Assembly (NCBI GenBank): GCA_000002445.1
Contig: CP000066.1
Location: 1,472,001-1,536,000, forward strand
Source of the DNA: Trypanosoma brucei
Lineage: Eukaryota
DNA: 64,000 nt
Direction: 5' to 3'
Under the pieces are notes generated by a model. It saw only the letters and a list, made by a program, of their open reading frames with translations, did not search any database and was not told the origin of the DNA. The translations under genes were made by a program, and so were the position numbers. This document shows, in pieces, positions 22,601 to 30,272 of the stretch; within the stretch, counting starts at the first letter, position 1, and every line of letters begins with the position of its first letter.

Positions 22601-23053
22601 GAGGAGCTTGATGAACCTGTTGCTGACACTGAAGTAGCTGAGAAGGAGCCTACTGATTCTGAGGTGATCCTTGAAAAGGAAATTCCAGACACTGAAGCTG
22701 CGGCTGAACAACCTGCAGAAGATCTCACCAAGGCTGAGGAGCTTGATGAACCTGTTGCTGACACTGAAGTAGCTGAGAAGGAGCCTACTGATTCTGAGGT
22801 GATCCCTGAAAAGCAAATTCCAGACACTGAAGCTGCGGCTGAACAACCTGCAGAAGATCTCACCAAGGCTGAGGAGCTTGATGAACCTGTTGCTGACACT
22901 GAAGTAGCTGAGAAGGAACCTACTGATTCTGAGGTGATCCCTGAAAAGCAAATTCCAGACACTGAAGCTGCGGCTGAGCAACCTGCAGAAGATCTCACCA
23001 AGGCTGAGGAGCTTGATGAACCTGCTGCTGATGCTGAAGTAGCTGAAATGTAG
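16667..23053 (+). CDS. giant repetitive protein (2128 aa): ~1240-aa unique charged/coiled-coil N-terminal region followed by ~19.5 tandem 45-aa strongly acidic repeats
   Basis: Single uninterrupted ORF. The N-terminal part is E/R/K-rich with heptad character and an IQ-like stretch (IQRAVRSFRAGRLGWRI). The C-terminal part is an array of AEQPAEDLTKAEELDEPVADTEVAEKEPTDSEVIPEKEIPDTEAA repeats. PolyY 16604-16635 upstream. Confidence 0.8.
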   Translation: MDGYLPNLTRESLNIPTRGISGQNQWRTVRRVCNTASSHDGYKKMLEGVRRQFLEPAYQVPVSRLPDVPVPCRPPPSSSSPGRFSRNLQYTVKDRKIVKKEEEDICSPSLEALEENGRQHIIVNEVWERQVLKQMMIVRYVTFVLRDEIRDLELVEREQRGTIAFEEEKERYWLQHESDASVQLREYKLALSAKREKQKRLQENEALYRARSSSSPFPMNEFKMEPDAQKILQEYLKMKHLADDGEGQPQECPHPPLRRSPQQQRSAERYRRLIGKVSSHNNPPVVRVQPLSNVCNTLGIAAYMGLLEKDSESRKMIEEREEEEYKRIMEHFEEQSSLLLTWKHKRLHLERLIYWKAQSEERRQKEQLRIEMEVLRPRKQMAMPHEELAAQEEEFRNMLGAEEGTRRGDLLQLHNEYFMRTKAKALGNEEMNLRAHILQEDIGVRKLLVQGLEIILRQGICKEWEQNVVMLVPEQIQALAKLNREWIEHEKQILTIQRAVRSFRAGRLGWRITHSEIGRIIQKKRDIAKIDRGKKSLCEYKNYLASEFAAVEEEVRTLHANERNKLFDVEYNSRTIVYTEEEWNRGVLRRTERQDLYDSVIVPLVTNCFSAELDARREIDVEEEFVRGRMCNFFNRLSNIIRTKTYVLGREVEGRAAIEKDENNFFFSILCMELDDRDLVRIMMKEIQAQKEEELFAQALVLLESRKEEEMYMYARLTRLHYEFKREKLEIEALDPNPRALIAHTFLNTALCFFCDESVKFLENYGSLLVEQHSEIVYLCCVAITEEREEEARHLLERLESRAWPEITDCAHREMSSKLRKELRNIGAASRIKIFYRKYRNGDVGRSGMRKHLREAFRVMREKAELKEVFDRQRIDVQECRHNLRDAVAIQSYYTYRRIALELSVVENRAEPRGRSELEGQEEMMFKMILNYFEPPAVPMVDAVTILLHSESHGRIRIKKEWQKAIENDFTRRKEWFEKDVLAIITLRKWQKFAAVKRKRTFIKAELEKLVLSELTQRHELELNETNERFIDIVKPMEYTTHHQAYLDQDVPRFLNEMCFDIGFHLGIKEEEWQNRMLLLWRMRNSYHEKELETEEFATRAALQQSSFYDGVDLIEVVCDESILRAALCDERRYFLMRILARLERASRGDIIHSYDIHSLWMHEYTCRKELYVEYIYSLHHIAPEKNTIQHTKCLLIDAEISHTTEAEESYEKSTNHQPLNDNAEDNNITSSANIVDQTNATPQGPIVDQPAEDLTKAEELDEPVADTEVAEKEPTDSEVIPEKEIPDTEAAAEQPAEDLTKAEELDEPVADTEVAEKEPTDSEVILEKQIPDTEAAAEQPAEDLTKAEELDEPVADTEVAEKEPTDSEVIPEKEIPDTEAAAEQPAEDLTKAEELDEPVADTEVAEKEPTDSEVIPEKQIPDTEAAAEQPAEDLTKAEELDEPVADTEVAEKEPTDSEVIPEKEIPDTEAAAEQPAEDLTKAGELDEPVADTEVAEKEPTDSEVIPEKEIPDTEAAAEQPAEDLTKAEELDEPVADTEVAEKEPTDSEVILEKEIPDAEAAAEQPAEDLTKAEELDEPVADTEVAEKEPTDSEVILEKEIPDTEAAAEQPAEDLTKAEELDEPAADTEVAEKEPTDSEVIPEKQIPDTEAAAEQPAEDLTKAEELDEPVADTEVAEKEPTDSEVIPEKEIPDTEAAAEQPAEDLTKAEELDEPVADTEVAGKEPTDSEVIPEKEIPDTEAAAEQPAEDLTKAEELDEPVADTEVAEKEPTDSEVIPEKEIPDTEAAAEQPAEDLTKAEELDEPVADTEVAEKEPTDSEVIPEKQIPDTEAAAEQPAEDLTKAEELDEPVADTEVAEKEPTDSEVIPEKEIPDTEAAAEQPAEDLTKAEELDEPAADTEVAGKEPTDSEVIPEKEIPDTEAAAEQPAEDLTKAEELDEPVADTEVAEKEPTDSEVIPEKEIPDTEAAAEQPAEDLTKAEELDEPVADTEVAEKEPTDSEVILEKEIPDTEAAAEQPAEDLTKAEELDEPVADTEVAEKEPTDSEVIPEKQIPDTEAAAEQPAEDLTKAEELDEPVADTEVAEKEPTDSEVIPEKQIPDTEAAAEQPAEDLTKAEELDEPAADAEVAEM
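20408..23050 (+). repeat. 135-bp tandem repeat array, ~19.5 copies, near-identical units with a few recurrent point variants
   Basis: Period measured directly: the same 18-mer recurs at 20417 and 20552 (offset 135). Variants recur at fixed positions: GAG/GGG, GTT/GCT, CCT/CTT, GAA/CAA, and synonymous GAG/GAA. Confidence 0.95.
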
Positions 23054-24009
23054 TTGATTATCTTTAAAATTTTGATTGTTGGTAATATTTGTGACGTTGC
23101 TTGTCTTTTATTTTGATTTTTTTGCAAAATTTCTTATTGTTTTTTGTAGAAATTTGAATAATTTTGTATTTTGAATTCTGTTGTCCAGGTTTGTAAACCT
23201 TTTTTTAAAAGTTTTTACTTTCTGCTGTTATGTCTTTCTGGTTATATATGTATTTTGTATTCCCTTTACTTTGGTTATCTTTTGGTTGAAAGGGTAGAGG
23301 GTGGAGATATGTAAATATATGCGTGTGTGTGTGAATAGAATTTTTGTAGGTTTTTGTGGTCGAATTTGTTTCTTGATGAGTTTTTTTTTGTTAAAAAAGT
23401 GTTTCTGTAATGATATCATGTTTTTTTGTGTCTTTACTGAGGTGCTGTGAGAGTGTTGTGCTTTATGGTATTTAGGTTTTTTTGTGGTTGTGTGAATTGT
23501 GTGAATGTTTGTCTTTTCAGTTGGTCGGCGAATTGAGTTTCTAGTGGGTTTGTTCTCCACATTCTATGTAAATTATTTTCGGTGTTTCTTTCCAATCGGA
23601 AAATTATTCTTGTTTAATGTTTTATGTACTGCTTTGACTGTTAAATTTTTTTTGCAATGATTGCTCAATTTTTTGTCCTCCATTTTCTCCCCGATTAACA
23701 TTAGATTTACTTTGAGGAGATATTAGTTTGTGCGCACTAATTTGGTTGGTAGTAGGCACATTTGTAGAGGGAAGGGATAAAGGGCTATTATTTTTTTTTG
23801 TTTTTTTGACAGGATCTCCGCGTGTGTGAGGGGACCAACCTAAAGTTGTAAGAGAGCAGTGAGTTAAGCAACCGAGAGGGAGATTAGGGACGCTATCACT
23901 AACCAGGATAGCCATATATATTATTAGTGTGATTTTGAAGGCTACGTTACCCCAGATACAACAAGCTGTGAGAAAGGAGGAAAGTTCTGCAAAGGGAGAA
24001 GTATATATA

Positions 24010-24088
24010 CCCCTTCCTTCGTCCTTTACTATTTTCTTGTTTGTTTTTATACGCCTCTGAAGGTGAGGGCTAGGGACGTTGTGCTCCA
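24010..24088 (+). promoter_or_regulatory. polypyrimidine tract / putative trans-splice acceptor region for the UBX gene
   Basis: ccccttccttcgtcctttactattttcttgtttgtttttatacgcctctgaag, then AG before the ATG at 24089. Confidence 0.4.
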
Positions 24089-25300
24089 ATGGATGAAGAT
24101 GTGGTGCAAATCTTTATGGCAATGTGTGATTGCAGTGAAACTGTGGCAATAAGCCTCTTATCAGAGGCTAACTTTGATGTGGATTATGCCTACCATCTCC
24201 ATATGTCGCGTACCCAAGGGGCTGATGAAAGTGTTACTTCACTTCACGGCACTTCCCCACAAGGAGAAGCACCTCATTTACAGGAACCTGAATTACCGCA
24301 TGCCTCTTACGTAGTGAACCGGCTTGATGGTGGTGGTGGCTACGTGGGTGGTAATTACCCTCACGAACGGGATTTTTTGCTTGATGAAGTGGAAAGTGAG
24401 CAGGATCTACTGGATTCAGTGTTCCCTATACCAGCTTTTGTCCACCGCAGTCCCGAACCCTTTGATACTTTTTGCACTGATTCCTTAAATAGAGACCAGT
24501 GGGTTATTTTGAGTTTTGTTTTGAATGATTTTACGGGGTTTTGTGTCAACAGAGACATTTGGCGGTCGGAAGATTTATTAGAGGTTCTTAGTATGTTTTC
24601 AATATATCAAACCACCGCCGATGTAGGTGAGGGACCCGGGCTTGCGCACGGCTATCGCCTCGACGTGGAAAAAGATATTCCAACTCTCCTTATAATCAAT
24701 CCAATAACACGTGTAAAGGAGACGCGAATACCTATAAATGTCCATGAAGCGACCATTGAGAGTTATGAGGTTAAAAATGCTCTTCTCACCTTTGTTGGTG
24801 AGAAGGGCTCGCCAAATCAGTGGGAGGAATGCAGGCTGCGAGGAACATATGAAAACGCATCCCCCGTTTTGCATACAGAAAATTCGAGAGAGTACGTGGA
24901 TGTTGAAGAAACGAGCATTCCATTTTCTGAACCAGAGGCAGGACGCCGTGATGAGGCAAATGAAGGGGTTGTAGCACAACCACCACAAATATTGGCTGTT
25001 GATATCAGTCCCTACGAAGTCCCTGCAGAAGTGGGAAGTGCCTTTACTTTGCGCTGCCGCTTGCCCAAGGAACAGTTAACGTTGCGCCTTAAACCTGAGA
25101 TGCCCGTTCTACTTTTATTGAAATATCTTTCCACCCGGTTGTACTTTAGCCAGTCAACCGCCTTTCCCGGAGGTGTCCCAAATTGCTCACTAAGGGTTGG
25201 TTTCCCTCCGAAAGATCTTATTGTGGAAGACGGTGAGGTTCAGCTTGGAACTTGTCCGGGGTTAAGATCAGGAGATACAGTGGTTCTTCACATCCATTGA
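24089..25300 (+). CDS. UBX-domain protein with N-terminal UBA-like and central UAS/thioredoxin-like regions (UBXD7/FAF1-like architecture)
   Basis: N-terminal helical UBA-like segment (VVQIFMAMCDCSETVAISLLSEANFDVDYAYHL). C-terminal beta-grasp UBX-like segment (LTLRLKPEMPVLL...RVGFPPKDLIVEDGEVQLGTCPGLRSGDTVVLHI) with an FP[PR]-loop. PolyY 24010-24055 upstream. Confidence 0.6.
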   Translation: MDEDVVQIFMAMCDCSETVAISLLSEANFDVDYAYHLHMSRTQGADESVTSLHGTSPQGEAPHLQEPELPHASYVVNRLDGGGGYVGGNYPHERDFLLDEVESEQDLLDSVFPIPAFVHRSPEPFDTFCTDSLNRDQWVILSFVLNDFTGFCVNRDIWRSEDLLEVLSMFSIYQTTADVGEGPGLAHGYRLDVEKDIPTLLIINPITRVKETRIPINVHEATIESYEVKNALLTFVGEKGSPNQWEECRLRGTYENASPVLHTENSREYVDVEETSIPFSEPEAGRRDEANEGVVAQPPQILAVDISPYEVPAEVGSAFTLRCRLPKEQLTLRLKPEMPVLLLLKYLSTRLYFSQSTAFPGGVPNCSLRVGFPPKDLIVEDGEVQLGTCPGLRSGDTVVLHIH

Positions 25301-25680
25301 TGTTAGCTGGAAGATGGCAATGCTAGTGTTAGCGATAGGCAACACAATTTTTGAGGTTAACCATCATTATTATTTCTATGTGGTAGCTGTTGCAAACGCT
25401 TATGTTTTTGTTTGAGAGGGGGGGGAGGCCCAACTCTCATTCATTTGAGCAACCTTCTTCTCTGTGCGTGGGTATTTTGCATCTGGAAGGTCGTGAGAAT
25501 TTTTTTCCGCTCACGTTCACGGGTGGTTTCACATCGTGGCCAACACCCCTCCCCTCCCTCCCCTACGCGCGCTCACTGACTGTAATGTTATCATCTTTCC
25601 GTCGATCACTGTTATCATTATTATTTTGTACATCTTACCCTCTCTGCCGTATCGAGCGGCGTTTAATTACTAAACCCATT

Positions 25681-25745
25681 CTCCTTCGCCCCTTCCCCAC
25701 CCTTATACCTTTTTTTTTTGTGAATCCCATGCAAATTGTGCTCCC
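25681..25745 (+). promoter_or_regulatory. polypyrimidine tract / putative trans-splice acceptor region for the ArfGAP gene
   Basis: ctccttcgccccttccccacccttatacctttttttttttgtg upstream of the ATG at 25803. Confidence 0.4.
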
Positions 25746-25802
25746 TGAATTGAAGGGATATTTACTCAAGGTTGTGGACAAAATTGCTCCCTCCAACTTG
25801 TA

Positions 25803-26630
25803 ATGACGGAAAAGGAAAATGGAAACAAAGATAAGAGGCGGAAGGAGAAGCATCGCAAACATCATCGTGACCGCCGCGAAAGTTGTAATGGTGTTGTTAA
25901 CTCATCTGCAGCCAAAACTAGGCCCGAAACTGCTGTGGCAATAGAGGGTGCGGATGAGGAAGTGGAGAACTGGGATGAAAACCGTACACGGGTTGATCAA
26001 CTCTGTCAAACCTACCCGAACAACATGTGCAACGACTGCAACAACGCTGGAACTCGCTGGGCCTCGGTTAATCACGGCGTGTTTTTATGCATTCGGTGCT
26101 CCGGCATCCATCGCTCACTGGGCGTCCACGTGTCGAAGGTGAAGTCAGCTAACATGGACAAGTGGAGTGCAGCAGAGGTTCATTTGATGGAACTCATAGG
26201 CAATCAACGGGCAAAGTTACTTTACGAGGCGCATCTTCCTAAAGATATGAAGCCCATGACGTTTGCAGAGTCTGATGCTACTCTACAAACTTTTATCCAG
26301 CGGAAGTATCAGGAAAAAGCATTTTCTGTGGAGGCCGTAGATGAGAAACTTCGCCAGTACCATAAAGAAGCGCGGTACGGGAAGAAACCGAAGCGGAATA
26401 GCAGCGCGAGTCGTAAAAAAAAAGCGAATGACGGAGCGAACGACAAAGCCGAGAGGAGTTTGAAGGGGGAGGACACAATCAAGGCGTTATATGGCTCCAA
26501 TGCGGAGGTTATATCTAAAATGTCAAAGAGGACGGGACCCATTCGTGGGACTTTTGGAGTAGTGAATGTTGGACCGGAAGCGTACGATGAGCGGCGCAAG
26601 ACACTTCTGGAGCAGTTTGGCTTTTCTTGA
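25803..26630 (+). CDS. ADP-ribosylation factor GTPase-activating protein (ArfGAP)
   Basis: Canonical ArfGAP C4 zinc finger with arginine finger: CNDCNNAGTRWASVNHGVFLCIRCSGIHRSLGVHVSKVKS...W. Basic K/R-rich N-terminus. Confidence 0.85.
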   Translation: MTEKENGNKDKRRKEKHRKHHRDRRESCNGVVNSSAAKTRPETAVAIEGADEEVENWDENRTRVDQLCQTYPNNMCNDCNNAGTRWASVNHGVFLCIRCSGIHRSLGVHVSKVKSANMDKWSAAEVHLMELIGNQRAKLLYEAHLPKDMKPMTFAESDATLQTFIQRKYQEKAFSVEAVDEKLRQYHKEARYGKKPKRNSSASRKKKANDGANDKAERSLKGEDTIKALYGSNAEVISKMSKRTGPIRGTFGVVNVGPEAYDERRKTLLEQFGFS

Positions 26631-27135
26631 GCGCTTTTTTTTCTCTTTTGGACGAAAACACCCATTCCCTGCACTGTAAGTATGTGGTGGTGAAGAAGTT
26701 AGGGAGTACGTAACTGTTGAGGCGCAACTCCTGCTCAGATATGAAAGCCCATGGTGATGATGATGTCGACCATCGAGAAGTGTGAGTTGACAGTGGCGCA
26801 ATCGCCTTTATGTTTTCTCTGTCTTGCAATGTTAACATGGGCGGTTGAAATTTTTCTCTCTTAGTTCACCGTTCAGTGTAAAATTACCATCTAGTTGTCT
26901 ATGTGCATGCACTTGACCCTATTGTACCTATTGCTGTTTTCCTTATGATAAACAAAAAATCATTTCCCTCTTTCTCCTAAAAAAAAATAATAATAATCCA
27001 GCGACAACGTCAAACAAAGAAAATATAGCAAAAAATTGCTTTGGTGATACACGCGAGAGGGTAATTGTGTTATTACGTTTTCGAACTTGCCTGCTGTAGG
27101 GGGCAGCGTTTCACTGTGATTTTTCTTTCCTTCCA

Positions 27136-28290
27136 ATGCATACTCTGTCCTCATGTGATTTTGAGGCGTTGAATCGTGTGTTGGACTTTTTGCGCCTCCA
27201 CCCCAGTGAAATCCACAGGGACGAATTTAATGGACTTCGCGAATTCTTAACGTCACTGGGCGCCACTCTTTCTCCCAGAACATATGAACCCAACACGACT
27301 GCGGGACCAGAGGCAAATGAAGAGGACACAGCGAGTGAACCGGATGAAGAACTATGGAAGTTGGAAGACGTGGCGGATGATGGGATTCCAGCAGGCAGTG
27401 GAGATCCTTCACCTGAGCAGGAGGAGAAAGCGATGGAGCTCAAAGCAGCAGCGGCCGACTGCGCGGCTGATGGTCGACTTGACGAGGCTGTTGACTTACT
27501 CGCTCAGGCACTTCGCCTGGTGCCGGGAAAGGCAATGTATTGGTCACAGCGCGCAAGTTATTTGCTTGAGTGCAAGCGTCCCGGTGCTGCATTGCGTGAC
27601 GCCAACAGGGCACTCTCTCTTAACCCTGAAAATGTACGTGCTTTGCGCGTCCGGGGAACAGTGAATCGCCACCTGGGAAAGTGGGAGGACGCACTCAAAG
27701 ACCTGAGTGAGGCACAAACTGTCGATTACGACGAGAAGACGGATGCACTGCTTCGGCTGGTCCAGGAAAAGGCAAATGCACGGCGACAGTCACGTCGTCG
27801 GAAGGAGGAAGAGCGGGAGGCAAAGCGACAAGAGGCCCTCCGCCGCCAGCGCGAGATGGAAATGCAACGAGAGGAGGAGGAGGAGCGACGACAAAACCAG
27901 CGGCAGGCACCTCCATCAGGGGGATTCCCCGGAGGATTCCCAGGCGGAATGCCAGGCGGGTTCCCGGGTGGAATGGAGGAAATTATGAAGGACCCGGAAA
28001 TCTTGGAAGCCATGCGGAATCCGGAGATTGCGTCTAAGTTCTCTACTCTCATGCAGAACCCTATGGCTGCTCTGGGGATGATGAGTGATCCCCAAATGGG
28101 TCCTCTGCTTCAGAAAGTTATGTCAAAAGTGATGGGTGGTGGATTCCCGGGTGCGGGAATGCCGGGTTCTGGTTTCCCGGGAGGAGGCATGTCAGGTCAG
28201 GGGTTTGCTTCTTCACCAGACGCAACACCCGGTACCACGAATTCGGCCCCACCTAAGGGACCACTTCATGACCCTGACGAGTTGGATTAA
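27136..28290 (+). CDS. HIP: Hsc70-interacting protein (Hip/ST13-like)
   Basis: N-terminal Hip dimerisation-like region, TPR repeats (AMYWSQRASYLLECKRPGAALRDANRALSLNPENVRALRVRG), a charged R/E region, GGFPGGFPGGMPGGFPGGM (GGMP-type) repeats and a C-terminal STI1/DP domain (MKDPEILEAMRNPEIASKFSTLMQNPMAALGMMSDPQMGPLLQKVM). Confidence 0.8.
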   Translation: MHTLSSCDFEALNRVLDFLRLHPSEIHRDEFNGLREFLTSLGATLSPRTYEPNTTAGPEANEEDTASEPDEELWKLEDVADDGIPAGSGDPSPEQEEKAMELKAAAADCAADGRLDEAVDLLAQALRLVPGKAMYWSQRASYLLECKRPGAALRDANRALSLNPENVRALRVRGTVNRHLGKWEDALKDLSEAQTVDYDEKTDALLRLVQEKANARRQSRRRKEEEREAKRQEALRRQREMEMQREEEEERRQNQRQAPPSGGFPGGFPGGMPGGFPGGMEEIMKDPEILEAMRNPEIASKFSTLMQNPMAALGMMSDPQMGPLLQKVMSKVMGGGFPGAGMPGSGFPGGGMSGQGFASSPDATPGTTNSAPPKGPLHDPDELD

Positions 28291-28814
28291 GTTAATGGCA
28301 ATATTGTGGGAACCCCACCCCCTCATTGATTACCGGCATATTTAACGTTCAGAATGGTGAGTAGTTGTTCAGGTAAGTATAGCAACACACATACTAAAAT
28401 ATACTTTTTATTGTCATGAACAGCAGCTCCGTGGTTAGTAGCTCTTTATTATTTGATTGTCCACTCTATACAAAACAAAGTGTACGGTGTTAAAAACGAA
28501 ATCTGTTCATATTCCTTCTTGGTCACGACTATCTGTTTGACGTATTCGCCCGATGGTTTCCTTTTGTAAATGGGGAATGATTATTATTATTATTATTTAT
28601 TTTTTTGAATTCTTTTTTCAACTTTACTTCAAACAAATGATTTGGATATATGTCCCTAAGGACTTGTGAGTGCAAGAAGAAAAGAAGTCTGTAACAACAC
28701 TGAGAGGAAAAAAGAATAATAAATAATATTAATTAGAGATTACAAAAGGAAAGTAAAATAAATACCGGAAGCGGCAAGTACAAAAGAACCAAAGGACAAG
28801 GGAAAAAGTATCGA

Positions 28815-29132
28815 ATGCCCGCACGTGCATCCCAACGGACGCCACGAGGTACCACCTCTAAATCGGAGCGACAAGTGACAAACAAAGAAAACCCACAGGA
28901 ACAAGCGACGACAGCTCCAAATGACTCCACACGGACCGACATCCCAGATGTTGTGGCGGAAGTACAGAAAGTGGAAGCTATTTTAGCAAGAAGGCGTGAG
29001 ACAATGGGAGCTGGAAGTAATGGATTTACCTGTGGCACATGGGTTGCTCTTGTGGTTTTAGAGGTACTCGCATTTGTATGGCTCAGTTGGGCGATGGATG
29101 TGTACGCCATGTACCGTGGCGCTCGTCCTTAA
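28815..29132 (+). CDS. hypothetical small protein with hydrophilic N-terminus and a single C-terminal transmembrane helix (tail-anchor-like)
   Basis: 105-aa ORF. C-terminal WVALVVLEVLAFVWLSWAM hydrophobic helix. Overlaps a minus-strand ORF (28733-29110) of similar size. Plus strand is preferred only because of the polycistron direction and its more protein-like composition. Confidence 0.35.
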   Translation: MPARASQRTPRGTTSKSERQVTNKENPQEQATTAPNDSTRTDIPDVVAEVQKVEAILARRRETMGAGSNGFTCGTWVALVVLEVLAFVWLSWAMDVYAMYRGARP

Positions 29133-29416
29133 TCTAAGTGCAGTCCCGCAACTGTCATCTCGTTGTTGTTTTTTGTTTTTTCTTGTTCTCTCTCTAGTTT
29201 TCTTTGTGAGATTTGCTGTGCTATTCGCAAGTAAGGAGATAGGAGAATGAATATATTAGAAATGAGGTTTGTGCAAGAGATTGATGGGAGGTAAGCGATT
29301 TTCGGTGCTTTCTGCACATTGGTTGTGTGCTTTGGTGCCGTCGTTTCGTGTGTTTGAGGGCAACCAAACATACGGCGAAGAGATACGCCATTTAATTTAA
29401 GAATAGAAATACTGGA

Positions 29417-29418
<2 letters not shown>

Positions 29419-29472
<54 letters not shown>
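29419..29472. repeat. (AT)21 followed by (GT)6 compound microsatellite
   Basis: Direct reading of atatat...atgtgtgtgtgtgt. Confidence 0.95.
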
Positions 29473-30272
29473 TGTTGCAGTCGTGTATGGATGCTCGCAT
29501 GTATGGATGTTATTTTTATTTCTTTTTTTTTCTCACTACTCCTTTTTCGCTTTTTTCATTTTTGTATTTGGGAAAAGGGAGGAGGTGTATATATGGTTTA
29601 GAGGGGGGGCCGCTGTCATGAAGGAGGGAGGCACGGAGGTTAGGGAATACCTTTGTAAAATATAAGACTGCGCTGAACGCAACGGGTCGGCAAGTATTTT
29701 TTTTTTATACCTCTTTTCTGTTATACGATACCGTACTGCATATCTCTCAACTTGTACGTTACGTGAAGGGGTGAAATATGCGCCAATAAGGCGTACTTCC
29801 CCTCACTTTTAGAATGCAATTAATAGAAATGCAGGTTAGCAACTGACTGGGTTTTTGAAAGATGGAGAAGGAAAGATTGCACGAAAGATAAGCTGAAGTG
29901 GTGGAGAGAGGAAGGCTTTTGCGAGTGACACACGACAGCACTACTGAAGGGATGAAACGCGTTGATTTTGCGTTTTGTTTATTTTCATACTTCGAGTTAC
30001 TTCGTTCTTTTTTCGGAATTTCTCTGCCTTTGGTTCTGGCATCTTTTGTGTGTTTTAACTTCCCCTACAGAATGTGCCTTTGCGGGGGCAGGGTATCAAG
30101 CATGATGTTGTGACAGAACAGCGTGATCAGTGGTCATTGCCTTGTGTAGGAACGTTATTTTCCTTGTATCTTTCTCTTTAATTTTCTTGAATCATTTGCA
30201 TTTTGTGCATGTTTGCATATCTCTTTTTTTTTTCGTTGTTGTTGTTCCGTATCTTGTCTTGCATTAGGCGTG

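Noticed and set aside
20408-23050. Possible relationship of the repeat to known trypanosome repeat antigens with 38-aa (MARP/MAP) or 68-aa (GM6/FRA) units
   Set aside because: I first guessed the period at 114 bp. Direct measurement of recurring 18-mers gives 135 bp (45 aa), and the unit is strongly acidic rather than basic or microtubule-binding-like. No basis to claim membership of those families.
20360-23127. Two very long minus-strand ORFs (873 aa and 910 aa) overlapping the repeat array
   Set aside because: They exist only because the 135-bp unit lacks stop codons in the reverse frames. Their translations are themselves perfect 45-aa repeats of low complexity (S/A/G-rich or L/F/S-rich) with no unique flanking coding sequence, and they are antisense to a well-supported 2128-aa gene in a unidirectional cluster.
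23370-23450. Possible C/D-box snoRNA: TGATGAG at ~23373 and CTGA at ~23447, about 75 nt apart, in the 3' flank of the repeat gene
   Set aside because: The C box has a pyrimidine at the -1 position and there is no obvious terminal stem or guide complementarity that I can verify by eye. Such short motifs occur by chance in U/G-rich UTRs. It needs a proper snoRNA scan before any call.
23228-24089. Minus-strand ORFs of 110 and 155 aa in the spacer downstream of the repeat-protein gene
   Set aside because: The composition is low-complexity (K/T/N/H runs from G/T-rich and A-rich tracts). The orientation is opposite to the polycistron, and the region has the GT/U-rich character of a trypanosome 3' UTR.
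30213-30272. Upstream extension of the FHA gene to the first in-frame ATG at 30213
   Set aside because: The first 20 codons (MHISFFFRCCCSVSCLALGV) read through a pyrimidine-rich tract that looks like the trans-splice acceptor region. The ATG at 30273 (MERVTYART...) is the more plausible start. Similar 5' trimming was applied at 32042, 36114 and 47690.
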